Assembly (NCBI GenBank): GCA_036149055.1
Contig: JAYZQJ010000027.1
Coordinates: 1 to 34,766, forward strand
Reading direction: 5' to 3'
Length of the DNA stretch: 34,766 nucleotides
Source: Myxococcota bacterium
GTDB taxonomy: Bacteria; Myxococcota_A; Polyangia; Polyangiales; Sandaracinaceae
The stretch's first letter is position 1. Every line of letters begins with the position of its first letter. Shown here piece after piece: positions 1 through 9,865 of the stretch. Under the pieces are notes generated by a model, which had not been told where the DNA came from, did not search any database, and was given only the letters and a program-made list of their open reading frames with translations. The position numbers and the translations under genes are program-made.

Positions 1-254
1 CGCGCGCCTCCGGCGCGCGTGTCCCGCGCTCCGCGCGTGAGCCACGCGGCTCGCGCTCGCGCTGCGCGCGTGCTGGCCGCCCGCTGCCGCGGGGGCGAAC
101 GGCTTGGGTGGCGCGTGCGGCGACCTCGCTGCGCTCGTCGCCTGCCGTCGTCTCGGGTCGGTCGTCGTAGTAGGGGGGCGGGGGTGCCCCCGCGCTATGA
201 TTTGCCACCTCTCGAGTTTCCTCGTCAGGCGCGGGTCCGCCCGCTGCACCTGAC
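1..254. repeat. Non-coding, hairpin-rich REP-like region
   Basis: Inverted repeats at 1-19 (CGCGCGCC-tcc-GGCGCGCG), 35-56, 119-142 (GGCGAC-ctcgctgcgctc-GTCGCC) and 224-254 (GTCAGG...CCTGAC). The only ORF here is an Arg-rich shadow. Confidence 0.4.
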
Positions 255-256
255 CC

Positions 257-1021
257 TCAGGGCGTCGTCGCGGCGCGCAGGAGATCGGTGAGCGAGCCCT
301 CGAGGCGGCCGCGCAGCTCGTGCACGCCGAGGCGCTCGGCCAGCGCCAGGGGGGCGTCGAGCGAGGCGCCGTCGCCGATCGCCTGGGTCGACTCGCGCAG
401 GGCGAAGAGGGCCCGCACCGGATCGAGGCGACGGATCTCGGCCGCCTGATCGGCGCGGCGGACGCGGAGGATCGCGCCGACGGGGGTGGGCACGTTCGGC
501 GCCTGGGGCAGCGCGATCTCGTCGCCGCCGGGCATCGCCCAGGCGCGGTCGTCGAGCACCGCGACCCGGTCGCGCGCCAACCAGCGGCAGCCCTCGCAGA
601 GGTTGGCCGCGCTGGTCTTGCCGGCTCCCGAGGGGCCGATGAGCAGCGCGGCCCGGCCGTCCACGATCACCGCGGCGGCGTGCAGCACGAGCCCGCCCTC
701 CGCCTCGACGAGGGACGCGGTCAGCGCCGTCGTCAGGTGCGAGAGGCCGTGGGGCGGCGCGAGCGTGGCGTCGGCTTCGAACGCGGCCGCGCCGGTCCGA
801 CGCCATCGGGCGTGGGCGTCCACGGTCCGCACCCAGCCCTCGCCGCCTTCGATGCGGCGGGGGTCGCGGCTCTCCGAGCGCTCGCCCGGCCCCGGCGCGA
901 CGCGGACCCGGAGCAGGGCGCGGTCCACCGGCGCGACGAACCGGCGGTGCTCCTCCGAGAGATCCTCCTCCTCGAAGCCGTCGACCGTGAAGCCCACCCC
1001 GCCGATCGCCCACGTGCCCAT
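257..1021 (-). CDS. HPr kinase-related P-loop protein (254 aa)
   Basis: LHAAAVIVDGRAALLIGPSGAGKTS matches the HprK/PEPCK-type His plus Walker A signature. Start re-assigned to ATG 1021 (MGTWAIGG) because the upstream extension is antisense to the next gene. Confidence 0.75.
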   Translation of the reverse strand: MGTWAIGGVGFTVDGFEEEDLSEEHRRFVAPVDRALLRVRVAPGPGERSESRDPRRIEGGEGWVRTVDAHARWRRTGAAAFEADATLAPPHGLSHLTTALTASLVEAEGGLVLHAAAVIVDGRAALLIGPSGAGKTSAANLCEGCRWLARDRVAVLDDRAWAMPGGDEIALPQAPNVPTPVGAILRVRRADQAAEIRRLDPVRALFALRESTQAIGDGASLDAPLALAERLGVHELRGRLEGSLTDLLRAATTP

Positions 1022-1079
1022 CGGTCCTGCATAGCGGGGCTTTCTTCGACGCGCAGGTGCGAGGCTGCATACTTGCGGC

Positions 1080-2282
1080 GTGATCGCGCGCTGCCTCTCG
1101 CTGATCGTGCTCCTCGCCGCCGCGCCCGCGTCCGCGCAGCGGCTGCCCGCGCCGGAGTGGGTGCGGTCGGTGCGCATCACCCGACCAGGCACCACCGTGC
1201 GGTCCGGACCGAGCACCGGCGCCTCGCGTCGCGGCACCATCCAGGTCGGGACGCGCGCGCCGTTCCTGGGCCGGGTGATGGGCGAGGGCTGCCCGGGCGG
1301 CGAGTGGATCCAGATCGGCCCGCGCGCCTTCGTGTGCGAGACCCTCGTGCAGTTCTCGCCCGCGGCGCCGGCCGGCGAGGCCCTGCCGCGCGTGGAGGAC
1401 GGGGCGCTCACGCCGCGCGCGCACGCCTTCGTGCGCACCGACGGCACCTGGGCCTACGCGCGCCCCGAGGACTACTTCCGCGACCGTTGGATCGAGTCGC
1501 TCGGCCGCGGCTTCGGCCTCGCGATCGTCGAGCGGCGGAGCCTGGGCGGCGTCGAGATGGCGCGCACCCTCAGCAACCTCTGGGTCCCCGTGGGCGAGCT
1601 GCGCTTCGCCCGCCCGAGCGACTTCGAGGGCGTCTCCCTGGAGGAGGGCGAGGCGCTCGACGCGGTCGCCTGGGTCGTCCGCGATCGCGCGCCGCTGCGG
1701 GAGCGCCCCGGCGGCCGCATCGTGGAGCGCGCCTCGCGCCTCGTCCGGGTCACGATCGAGGAGGCGCGCGGGGACCAGCTCCGCACCGCTGACGGGCACT
1801 GGATCCACGAGCGACACGTCGCGCGCCCGCGCCCGGCCGAGGCCCCCGAGGACCTGACGGACGGCGAGCGCTGGATCGACGTGGACACCCGCGCGCAGGT
1901 CGTGACCGCCTACGTGGGCGAGCGGCCCGTCTGGGCGACCGCGGTGAGCACCGGGCGGGGCGCGACCCCGACGCCTCCGGGCAGCTATCGCATCTGGGTG
2001 AAGCTCGCCGAGGACGACATGGACGACCTCGAGCGAGACGACGTGTCCGAGAACTACGCCATCCAGGCGGTGCCGTGGGTGCAGTACTTCCACGGCTCCA
2101 TCGGCTTCCACGCCGCGTTCTGGCACGACCGCTTCGGTCAGCCGCGCAGCCACGGCTGCGTCAACCTCGCCCCCCGCGACGCCCGCTGGCTCTTCGACTT
2201 CACCCAGCCGAACCTCCCGCCCGGCTGGGACGCGATCATCCCGGGGGGCGAGGGTCGCGGGACCCGGGTCCGGGTGCGCTGA
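1080..2282 (+). CDS. L,D-transpeptidase (YkuD family), secreted
   Basis: Signal peptide (..APASA-Q), RWIDVD..Q, VSTG..TPPG, and catalytic motif [22 protein letters not shown]. Confidence 0.9.
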   Translation: MIARCLSLIVLLAAAPASAQRLPAPEWVRSVRITRPGTTVRSGPSTGASRRGTIQVGTRAPFLGRVMGEGCPGGEWIQIGPRAFVCETLVQFSPAAPAGEALPRVEDGALTPRAHAFVRTDGTWAYARPEDYFRDRWIESLGRGFGLAIVERRSLGGVEMARTLSNLWVPVGELRFARPSDFEGVSLEEGEALDAVAWVVRDRAPLRERPGGRIVERASRLVRVTIEEARGDQLRTADGHWIHERHVARPRPAEAPEDLTDGERWIDVDTRAQVVTAYVGERPVWATAVSTGRGATPTPPGSYRIWVKLAEDDMDDLERDDVSENYAIQAVPWVQYFHGSIGFHAAFWHDRFGQPRSHGCVNLAPRDARWLFDFTQPNLPPGWDAIIPGGEGRGTRVRVR

Positions 2283-3480
2283 TCGCCCGGCGCACGGGGA
2301 CGAGCAGCCCGAGGAACGCGACGGAGAGGAGCGTCGCGATCGCGAAGACGCCCGGGTAGCCGACGGCGCGGGCGAGCAGGCCGCTGAGGATGCCGGCGGG
2401 CGCCTTGCCGAGGACCTCGACGGTGGCCAGCGCCGTGTAGTGGGTCGCGCCGATGCGGCGATCCACCCGGCTCATCATGAAGGCGAACATTGCAGTGGTG
2501 AGCGCGCCGCCGAAGAAGTGCTCGGCGGTGGTGACCGCGATGACGCCCGCGGCGGTGGGGCCGAAGGCGGCGAGCGCCCACTGGCCGGCGACCGGGAGGG
2601 CCCGCAGCGCGGCGGTGAGGGCGACGGCGCCGAGGAGCGGGAGCCTCCGTGCGAGCAGCCCACCGGCCACGGATCCCGTCAACGAGGCGACCGTGCCCCA
2701 GGTGCCGACCCAGAGCCCGATCTGATCGTCGCCGAAGCCCTCGTCGACCAGGAACGGCTTGAACATCGCGTCGGCGGCCGCCTCGCCCAGCTTGTAGGTG
2801 GCGATGAACGCGAGGACCCAGCCGGCGCCGGGGAGACGGACGGCCCGGCGCGCGGCGCGCCACACGTCGCCGATCCCCTCGGAGCGCTGCGCGGCCGGCG
2901 CCTCGGGCTCGCGCCAGACGAGCGTGACGACGAGCACCGCGACCACCAGCCCGGCCATCACGAAGAAGAAGCGAGGCCAGCCCAGGGTCGCGAGGTAGGC
3001 GAGCATGAGCCCGCCGGTCGTGAGCATGCCCAGCTTGAAGCCGACGACCTGGGCGATGTTGCCCGGCCCGAGCTCGGAGGGGTCGAGCAGATCGACCGCG
3101 AGCCCGTCCACCGCGACGTCGAGGGTGGCCGCGAAGAGGTTCATCGCCAGCACGAGCCCGAGCAGCATCCCGAGCTGCGCCTCCGGATCGACGAACGCGG
3201 CGGCCCCGCAGCTCAGCGCGAGCCCGAGCTGGAGCGGCAGAATCCAGGAGCGGCGCCGGCCGATCGCGCCGACGTGGTAGGCGTCGACCGCCGGCGCCCA
3301 GACGAGCTTGAGCATCCAGGGCGCGGCGAGCGCGCCCGCGAACCCGATCTCCTCGAGCCCGATCCCCTGTCGCCGCAGCATCACCGGCAGGGCGATGGCC
3401 TGGAAGCCGAAGGGGAGCCCCTGCACCAGGTACAGGGCGCCGAGCAGGGCGACGCGCGTCGCCAGCGGACGACGCGGCAT
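2236..3480 (-). CDS. MFS transporter, AmpG/RhtX/FptX-like
   Basis: About 12 hydrophobic segments; [31 protein letters not shown] and [12 protein letters not shown] are typical of the AmpG family. Confidence 0.85.
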   Translation of the reverse strand: MPRRPLATRVALLGALYLVQGLPFGFQAIALPVMLRRQGIGLEEIGFAGALAAPWMLKLVWAPAVDAYHVGAIGRRRSWILPLQLGLALSCGAAAFVDPEAQLGMLLGLVLAMNLFAATLDVAVDGLAVDLLDPSELGPGNIAQVVGFKLGMLTTGGLMLAYLATLGWPRFFFVMAGLVVAVLVVTLVWREPEAPAAQRSEGIGDVWRAARRAVRLPGAGWVLAFIATYKLGEAAADAMFKPFLVDEGFGDDQIGLWVGTWGTVASLTGSVAGGLLARRLPLLGAVALTAALRALPVAGQWALAAFGPTAAGVIAVTTAEHFFGGALTTAMFAFMMSRVDRRIGATHYTALATVEVLGKAPAGILSGLLARAVGYPGVFAIATLLSVAFLGLLVPVRRAISAPGPGSRDPRPPG

Positions 3481-3486
3481 GGTCGC

Positions 3487-4065
<579 letters not shown>

Positions 4066-4127
4066 GGTGATCTCCGGCGGGCGCGCCGACTTTACACCGA
4101 ACGCCGCCCGCGCCAGGTTCATCGCCG

Positions 4128-4952
4128 ATGGAGGTGGTGTTCCGCAAGTACCAGGGGCTCGGCAACGACTTCCTGGTGGTCGACGATCCCGCGCTCATCC
4201 CCGCGCTGGGACCGTCGGAGGTGCGTCGGCTCTGCGACCGCCACCTCGGGGTCGGCGGGGACGGCGTGCTCCTCTGCGGCGTGCGCGAGGGCCGCCCGTT
4301 CATGCGGGTGGTGAACGCCGACGGGACCACCCCGCAGATGTGCGGCAACGGGGTGCGCTGCGTCGCGCTCCACCTCTTCGAGCGCGGCGACGTGGGCGAG
4401 GCGCCCTTCGAGCTCGACACCGACGCCGGGCCCCACCGGGTCGCCGTGCACGCGCCCGGGCCGCTGGGTGACGTGGAGGTGTGGATGCGCGCGCCCTCGC
4501 TCGCGCCCTCCGACCTGCCGCTCGCCTCGGACGCGCCCTGGCGCGACGCGCCGATCGAGGTGCTCGGGCACGCCCTGCGGGTCACCGGGGTCTCGATGGG
4601 CAACCCGCACGCGGTCACCTTCGACGACGTGCCCCGCGACGCGGTGGGCCCGGCGCTCGAGCTCGACCCGCGGTTCCCGGAGCGGGTGAACGTCGGCTTC
4701 GCCTCGAACCTCCGCCAGGGCGGCTTCGATCTGGCGGTGTGGGAGCGCGGGGTGGGCTTCACCCAGGCCTGCGGGACCGGCGCGTGCGCGGCCGCGGTGG
4801 CGGCGGTGGAGACGGGCCGCGCGGTCCGGGGAGCGCCGCTCCGGGTGGTCCTGCCCGGAGGACCGCTGACGATCACGGTGGGCGCGCCGGGCGAGCCGGT
4901 GCGGATGCGCGGGCCGGCGGCGTTCGTGTTCTCCGGGGTCGCGGTTCTTTAG
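4128..4952 (+). CDS. dapF: Diaminopimelate epimerase
   Basis: [57 protein letters not shown]; both catalytic Cys present. Confidence 0.95.
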   Translation: MEVVFRKYQGLGNDFLVVDDPALIPALGPSEVRRLCDRHLGVGGDGVLLCGVREGRPFMRVVNADGTTPQMCGNGVRCVALHLFERGDVGEAPFELDTDAGPHRVAVHAPGPLGDVEVWMRAPSLAPSDLPLASDAPWRDAPIEVLGHALRVTGVSMGNPHAVTFDDVPRDAVGPALELDPRFPERVNVGFASNLRQGGFDLAVWERGVGFTQACGTGACAAAVAAVETGRAVRGAPLRVVLPGGPLTITVGAPGEPVRMRGPAAFVFSGVAVL

Positions 4953-4957
4953 GAGCC

Positions 4958-4987
4958 GGGCACGGGCACGGGCACGGGCAGGGGCAC
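4958..4987. repeat. Intergenic (GGGCAC)x5 tandem repeat
   Basis: GGGCAC GGGCAC GGGCAC GGGCAG GGGCAC between the convergent dapF and Nudix genes. Confidence 0.85.
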
Positions 4988-5015
4988 GGGGGCCGCTGAC
5001 TCCGCTTCCCGTCGG

Positions 5016-5468
5016 TCAGCGGCCTTCGAGGTACTCCGCGAGGTGCGGCACGATGTCCATGCCGCGCGCCTGCTCGGGGGTCACGAAGCCCGCCCAGATC
5101 ACCTCGCGCCGGTCCACCTGGTGCTCGGGCGGGTCGTCGACCTCGAGCTCGTAGATGTCGAGGGTGTCCTGGCGGTGCTCGAAGGTCTTGGTGCCGTGGT
5201 AGCCGAGCTCGAGCGACTCGCTCGGCACGTCGAGGCCGACCTCCTCTTGCAGCTCGCGGGCGGCGGCGTCGCGAGGGGCCTCGCCCGGGCGCACGTATCC
5301 ACCGGGCAGCGTGTACTGCTTCCGGTAGGAGCTCTTCACGAGCAGGATCTTGCCGTCGTGCCAGAGGGCCACGAGCGCGCCCGACGTCTGCGGGCGTCGC
5401 ACGAACCAGTAGGTCCGCAACATGGCGTGCGCAACGCGGTACGCCGTTCGAATCGCAGGATCGATCAT
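5016..5468 (-). CDS. Nudix hydrolase
   Basis: Nudix box LPGGYVRPGEAPRDAAARELQEEVGL. Confidence 0.9.
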   Translation of the reverse strand: MIDPAIRTAYRVAHAMLRTYWFVRRPQTSGALVALWHDGKILLVKSSYRKQYTLPGGYVRPGEAPRDAAARELQEEVGLDVPSESLELGYHGTKTFEHRQDTLDIYELEVDDPPEHQVDRREVIWAGFVTPEQARGMDIVPHLAEYLEGR

Positions 5469-5542
5469 CGTCTCTTCGAGAGGGTACGCCGCTGCGTGCG
5501 GGGGGTCACTTTCGTGCCGCTCCGAGCGCGTATGCTGTCCCT

Positions 5543-6751
5543 ATGCGCGTACTCCTCGCCGACAAGCTCGCCCCGATGGTCGCCGGCCGGCTCCAGGACC
5601 TGGGGGCCGAGGTGGTGGTCCAGCCCGAGCTCTCGGGCGAGGCGCTCACCGCCGCCTTCGGCGCGCACGACCCGGCGGTGCTCGTGGTTCGCAGCACCAA
5701 GGTGACGGCGGCGGACATCGCCGCCGCGAGGGGGCTGTCGCTGATCGTGCGCGCCGGCGCCGGCGTGAACACCATCGACCTCGAGGCCGCCTCCAACCGC
5801 GGCGTGTACGTCGCGAACTGCCCGGGCAAGAACGCGTCCGCGGTGGCCGAGCTGACGATCGGGCACCTCGTGAACCTCGACCGCCGCATCGCCGACAACG
5901 TCGCGCAGCTGCGCGAGGGCCGCTGGAACAAGAAGGGCTTCGGCGGGGCGCGCGGGCTGCGCGGTCGCACGCTCGCCGTGCTCGGCTGCGGCACCATCGG
6001 CCGCGAGGTGATCGCCCGGGCCCTCGCGCTGGGCATGCGGGTGCGCGCCTGGTCTCGCAGCCTCACCGATGAGCTCGCCGAAGACCTCGACATCGAGCGG
6101 GCCGCGACCCCCGAGGAGGCGGTCGAAGGCGCCGACGCGGTGAGCGTCCATCTCGCGCTCACGCCCGAGACCCGCGGGCGGGTCGGCGAGAGCATCTTCG
6201 GGCGCATGAAGCCAGGCGCGTACTTCATCAACACCTCGCGGGGCGAGGTCGTCGACCAGGAGGCGCTCCTCCGGGCCCTCGACGCCAAGGACCTGAGGGC
6301 CGGGCTCGACGTGTTCGCGGTCGAGCCCTCGAGCGGCGAGGCGAGCTTCGACGATCCGATCGCCCGGCACCCGAGCGTCTACGGCACCCACCACATCGGC
6401 GCGAGCACGGTGGAGGCGGCCGAGGCGGTCGGCGAGGAGGTCGTGCACATCGTCGACGCCTACGCCCACGGCCGCGTGATCCCCAACTGCGTGAACCTCG
6501 CCAGCGAGTCCGAGGCAACCCACCAGCTCGTGGTGCGGCACCAGGATCGGGTCGGCGTGCTCGCCGGCGTGCTCGACGTGCTGCGCGAGGCCGGCATCAA
6601 CGTGCAGGAGATGCAGAACATCGTGTTCTCGGGCGGCGAGGCGGCCTGCGCGCGCATCGAGATCGTGGGCGAGCCGGGGCCCGACACCCTGAAGCGGATC
6701 AACGCGCACGAAGCGGTGTACGACGCGTCGGTCACGCCGAAGGACGCCTGA
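5543..6751 (+). CDS. serA: D-3-phosphoglycerate dehydrogenase-like D-2-hydroxyacid dehydrogenase with C-terminal ACT domain
   Basis: VRSTKV, RAGAGVNTID, NASAVAE, GCGTIG (NAD binding), INTSRGEVVD, HHIGAST, and ACT-like HQDRVGVLA. Confidence 0.8.
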   Translation: MRVLLADKLAPMVAGRLQDLGAEVVVQPELSGEALTAAFGAHDPAVLVVRSTKVTAADIAAARGLSLIVRAGAGVNTIDLEAASNRGVYVANCPGKNASAVAELTIGHLVNLDRRIADNVAQLREGRWNKKGFGGARGLRGRTLAVLGCGTIGREVIARALALGMRVRAWSRSLTDELAEDLDIERAATPEEAVEGADAVSVHLALTPETRGRVGESIFGRMKPGAYFINTSRGEVVDQEALLRALDAKDLRAGLDVFAVEPSSGEASFDDPIARHPSVYGTHHIGASTVEAAEAVGEEVVHIVDAYAHGRVIPNCVNLASESEATHQLVVRHQDRVGVLAGVLDVLREAGINVQEMQNIVFSGGEAACARIEIVGEPGPDTLKRINAHEAVYDASVTPKDA

Positions 6752-6753
6752 CG

Positions 6754-7203
6754 ATGCGAGGGGCAGGACGGAGCCGAGGCCGCGCGGCGTGGATCGTCGC
6801 CTCCGCGCTGATCGGGCTCGGCGCGGTCGGCGTCGCGCTCGCCGTGCTCCGCGATCCGTCCCCGCCGCCCGGCTGCGAGACCGTCGACCGGCGCGTGGGC
6901 GTCGCGCACCGCCCCGACGGCTGGACCGCGGAGGCGCGCTACCAGCGCTGGTTCGCGGGCGGGCGCTGTCACGGCCAGCTCGCGGTCGCGCTCTACGCGC
7001 CCGGCGGCACCTGGGAGGACGAGGCGCTCGAGGCGGCGGCCCTCGTCGGGGTCGAGGACGTGCTGCCCGATCCCGGGGACGGCGCACGCTGGGTCGGCGA
7101 CGAGCTGCGCATGGAGGGCCACACCCTCGAGGTCCGGCGGCTCCCGGGCGAAGACGACCCCGGCGACTACGCGTGGCGTCAGGAGCGGCTGGCCGGGCGC
7201 TGA
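6754..7203 (+). CDS. Hypothetical membrane-anchored protein
   Basis: Starts 2 nt after the serA-like stop; one N-terminal TM helix; typical codon usage. Confidence 0.6.
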   Translation: MRGAGRSRGRAAWIVASALIGLGAVGVALAVLRDPSPPPGCETVDRRVGVAHRPDGWTAEARYQRWFAGGRCHGQLAVALYAPGGTWEDEALEAAALVGVEDVLPDPGDGARWVGDELRMEGHTLEVRRLPGEDDPGDYAWRQERLAGR

Positions 7204-7409
7204 CGCTCGGCGATCACGGCCACCAGCACCGCGCGGACCGCCTTCTCGTCGAGGCCGGAGAGGAAGTCCACCCGGTCCTGGAGATAGGCGAGCCCGGCGT
7301 CGGTCAGCTCCTTGATCGTGATCGGGCACGCGAGCGTGCCGTCGTGGAGACGGAGCAGCAGGTTCTTCAGATCCTGGAGCGAGAGGTGGGTGAGCCCGGC
7401 CTTGCGCAT
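7179..7409 (-). CDS. Small hypothetical helical protein (76 aa)
   Basis: Balanced, non-shadow composition; lies 12 nt downstream of the QueA-like gene on the same strand. Confidence 0.7.
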   Translation of the reverse strand: MRKAGLTHLSLQDLKNLLLRLHDGTLACPITIKELTDAGLAYLQDRVDFLSGLDEKAVRAVLVAVIAERQRPASRS

Positions 7410-7421
7410 GGCGGGGGCATA

Positions 7422-8438
7422 TCAGGCGATCAGCCAGCTGTCTCCGAGCTCGTGTCCGAGGTAGCCGAGCGCGGTGGAGCGCTCGACGGCCCGGGCGAGG
7501 AGCGTGTCGGGCGCGAACGCGCGCAGCAGCTGGTAGTGCGAGCTCTGCGGGTCGTGCGCGCCGGTCAGGAGCGCGTCGACCACCCGGAGCGGCGTGCGCG
7601 GCCCGATCACGAGCCCCGTCTCGCCCGGGCCGGCGGGGACCTCTCCGTGCAGGGCGAACGCGCCCTCGAGCGCCCGGGTGACCGAGGTGCCCACCGCCAC
7701 GACCCGGCGCCCCTCGGCGAGCGCGCGTCGGATCGCGTCGGCCGTCCGCTCGGGGACGTCGTAGCGCTCGGGGAGCGGCAGGCGCGCGTCGAGGTCCGGA
7801 TCGCCGGTCGCGCTGAGCCCGGCGGCGTGGGTCAGCGAGGTCACCTCGGCGCCGCGGCGGCGGAGCTGGAGCAGCAGGCCCGCGTCGAGCGGCCGCCCGG
7901 CCGACGGGAGCTCGACCGCCCAGGGCCGGCCCGCGAACCCGGTCTGCACCTCGGAGAGCCGGAGCGGGCGACCCACGTAGCTGTACTGGACGGGGCGACC
8001 GAGCGCGTAGAGCGCGCGCCAGAACGCGTCGCCGCCCGGCTCGAAGCGCACCGTCAGCAGCCTCGGCGAGCGATCGTCGACCTCGATCACCCGCGCCGCC
8101 AGCGCGCCCCCGAGGTCGATCGTCTCGCCGGGCGCGAGCACTGGCGGGGCCGGTCGGGCGTCGGTGTCGTCACGCCAGGAGCCCTCGCCGAAGAGCACCG
8201 CGCGCCAGGATCCGTCGGCGCGCTCGCCCGCGAGCCGGAGCTCGACCGAGCGACCGCCCGCGCGTCCGGCGAGCGAGGCGGGGAGGGTCGCGGCGTCGTT
8301 GAGCACCCAGACGTCGCCCGGCCGCGCGTGCTCGGAGAGCGAGGCCACGCGGCCGTCGGCGAGGGTGCCGCGCGCCACGTCCACCCGCATGAGCCGCTGC
8401 GCGCGCCGGTCGGCCCTCGGCTCGGCGGCGGCGATCAC
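7422..8438 (-). CDS. QueA-like (SAM:tRNA ribosyltransferase-isomerase family) paralogue
   Basis: GDVWVLND, VQTGFA..PSAGRP, VVAVGTSVTRALE, DALLTG.H.P.SSH, HELGDSWLI. GTG 8438 overlaps the SDR stop (GTGA). Confidence 0.85.
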   Translation of the reverse strand: MIAAAEPRADRRAQRLMRVDVARGTLADGRVASLSEHARPGDVWVLNDAATLPASLAGRAGGRSVELRLAGERADGSWRAVLFGEGSWRDDTDARPAPPVLAPGETIDLGGALAARVIEVDDRSPRLLTVRFEPGGDAFWRALYALGRPVQYSYVGRPLRLSEVQTGFAGRPWAVELPSAGRPLDAGLLLQLRRRGAEVTSLTHAAGLSATGDPDLDARLPLPERYDVPERTADAIRRALAEGRRVVAVGTSVTRALEGAFALHGEVPAGPGETGLVIGPRTPLRVVDALLTGAHDPQSSHYQLLRAFAPDTLLARAVERSTALGYLGHELGDSWLIA

Positions 8439-9145
8439 GAGGCCACCTCTACCTGGACGCGGGCGCCGCTCCGGGGCGATCGGGCGAGGAGCGTGACGAT
8501 GCCCGCGGCCACCGCGTCGGGGTCGCGGAGAGACGCCGGGTCCGCGTCCGGGATGGCGTCGGCGTGCATCCGGGTGTCCATCTCCCCCGGGTCGACCGCC
8601 AGCACCCGCACCCCGGTGCCGTGCAGCTCGGCCGCCCACACCCGCGAGAGGTGATCGAGCGCCGCCTTCGACGCGCCGTAGGCTCCCCAGGTCGGGTAGG
8701 CGTCCACCGCCGCGTCCGAGCTCACGTGCAGCACGACGCCGGTCTGGCGCGCGATCATCGAGCCGACCACCGCGCGGGTCAGCCGGAACGGCCCGGCGAG
8801 GTTCACCGCGAAGGCGGCGTCGAAGTCCGCGTCGCTCGTCTCGGCGAGCGGCCGCAGCGGGACCGGGCCGAGCGTGCTCGCGTTGTGCACGAGCACGTCG
8901 ATCGCGCCGACCATGGCCGCCGCGGCGCCGGCGATCTCCGCCGCCGCGTCCGGGGCGCCGACGTCGGCCGGCAGCGCGTGCGCCTCGCCCACCTGCTTCA
9001 CCTGGGCGACCGCCTCCTCGAGCGGGCCCACCCGGCGAGCGACCATCACCACCCGGGCGCCTTCGGCGGCGAAGTGGCGGCTGAGCGAGAGGCCGAGCCC
9101 TCGGCTCGCCCCGGTCACGATCACGTTCTGATTTCGAAAGCGCAT
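8435..9145 (-). CDS. Short-chain dehydrogenase/reductase
   Basis: TGASRGLG, LVHNAS, YGASK, VDPGEMDT; ATG 9145 preceded by GGAGGGAAGG. Confidence 0.92.
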   Translation of the reverse strand: MRFRNQNVIVTGASRGLGLSLSRHFAAEGARVVMVARRVGPLEEAVAQVKQVGEAHALPADVGAPDAAAEIAGAAAAMVGAIDVLVHNASTLGPVPLRPLAETSDADFDAAFAVNLAGPFRLTRAVVGSMIARQTGVVLHVSSDAAVDAYPTWGAYGASKAALDHLSRVWAAELHGTGVRVLAVDPGEMDTRMHADAIPDADPASLRDPDAVAAGIVTLLARSPRSGARVQVEVAS

Positions 9146-9177
9146 GTCCTTCCCTCCTGAGAAGAGGGTGGATCGCC

Positions 9178-9209
9178 GTGTCGGCTTCATCGACACTCGT
9201 GCCAACGAG
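9178..9209. promoter_or_regulatory. Candidate XRE operator palindromes
   Basis: GTGTCG-N7-CGACAC (9178-9196) and CTCGT-N4-ACGAG (9196-9209) in the divergent intergenic region. Confidence 0.35.
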
Positions 9210-9223
9210 ATGGAGGGAGTCTC

Positions 9224-9796
9224 ATGAACGAGAGAGAGGCCGAGCTGCCGGTCCGGCTCGCGGACAACGTGCGACAGCTGCGGGGCGCGCGGAACCGCAC
9301 GCAGCTCCAGATGGCGAAGCTGGCCGGGCTGCCCCGGGCGACGTGGGCCAACCTGGAGTCCGGCGCCGCGAACCCGACGCTGTCGGTCCTCCACGCGGCG
9401 GCCACCGCGCTCGGGGTCTCGCTCGAGGAGCTGCTCGCGCCGCCGCGCGCCAGCGGCCGCCACTACCCGAAGGCGGAGCTCGAGGTGAAGGAGCGCGGCA
9501 ACGTCAGCGTGCGCAAGCTCCTGCCGGATCCCGTGCCCGGCATGGAGATCGATCGCCTCGAGCTGCCGCCCGACGCGCGCATGACCGGCGTCCCGCACAC
9601 CCCCGGGACCCGCGAGTACCTGGCCTGCGAGCGGGGGCAGATCACGCTGGTGGCGAGCGGCGAGCGCTTCGAGCTCCAGGCCGGCGACGTCGTCGCCTTC
9701 CGGGGCGACCAGCGGCACAGCTACGCCAACCTCGGCCGGGCCAAGGCCATCGGCTACTCGGTGGTGATGCTCGTCTCTCCGCTCGCCGTGCGCTGA
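9224..9796 (+). CDS. XRE-family HTH regulator with cupin domain
   Basis: LADNVRQLR..TQLQMAKLAGLPRATWANLESGAANPTL (Cro/C1 HTH); C-terminal cupin PHTPGTREY..GD..F.GDQRHSYAN. Confidence 0.92.
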   Translation: MNEREAELPVRLADNVRQLRGARNRTQLQMAKLAGLPRATWANLESGAANPTLSVLHAAATALGVSLEELLAPPRASGRHYPKAELEVKERGNVSVRKLLPDPVPGMEIDRLELPPDARMTGVPHTPGTREYLACERGQITLVASGERFELQAGDVVAFRGDQRHSYANLGRAKAIGYSVVMLVSPLAVR

Positions 9797-9865
9797 CTCG
9801 CGCGCCGGCTGGCCCGGATTTGTGTGCTCCTGTAGGATGGCGGCTTCCACTTTCGAGGTGTTTGG

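Noticed and set aside
19..291. 90-aa ORF
   Set aside because: Arg/Ala-rich translation of a hairpin-rich GC tract with no coding signature.
225..2153. 642-aa and 490-aa ORFs overlapping the first two genes
   Set aside because: Antisense or off-frame shadows of the L,D-transpeptidase and the HprK-like gene.
7422..8438. Calling this gene queA
   Set aside because: Canonical QueA motifs are all substituted, so the symbol is withheld.
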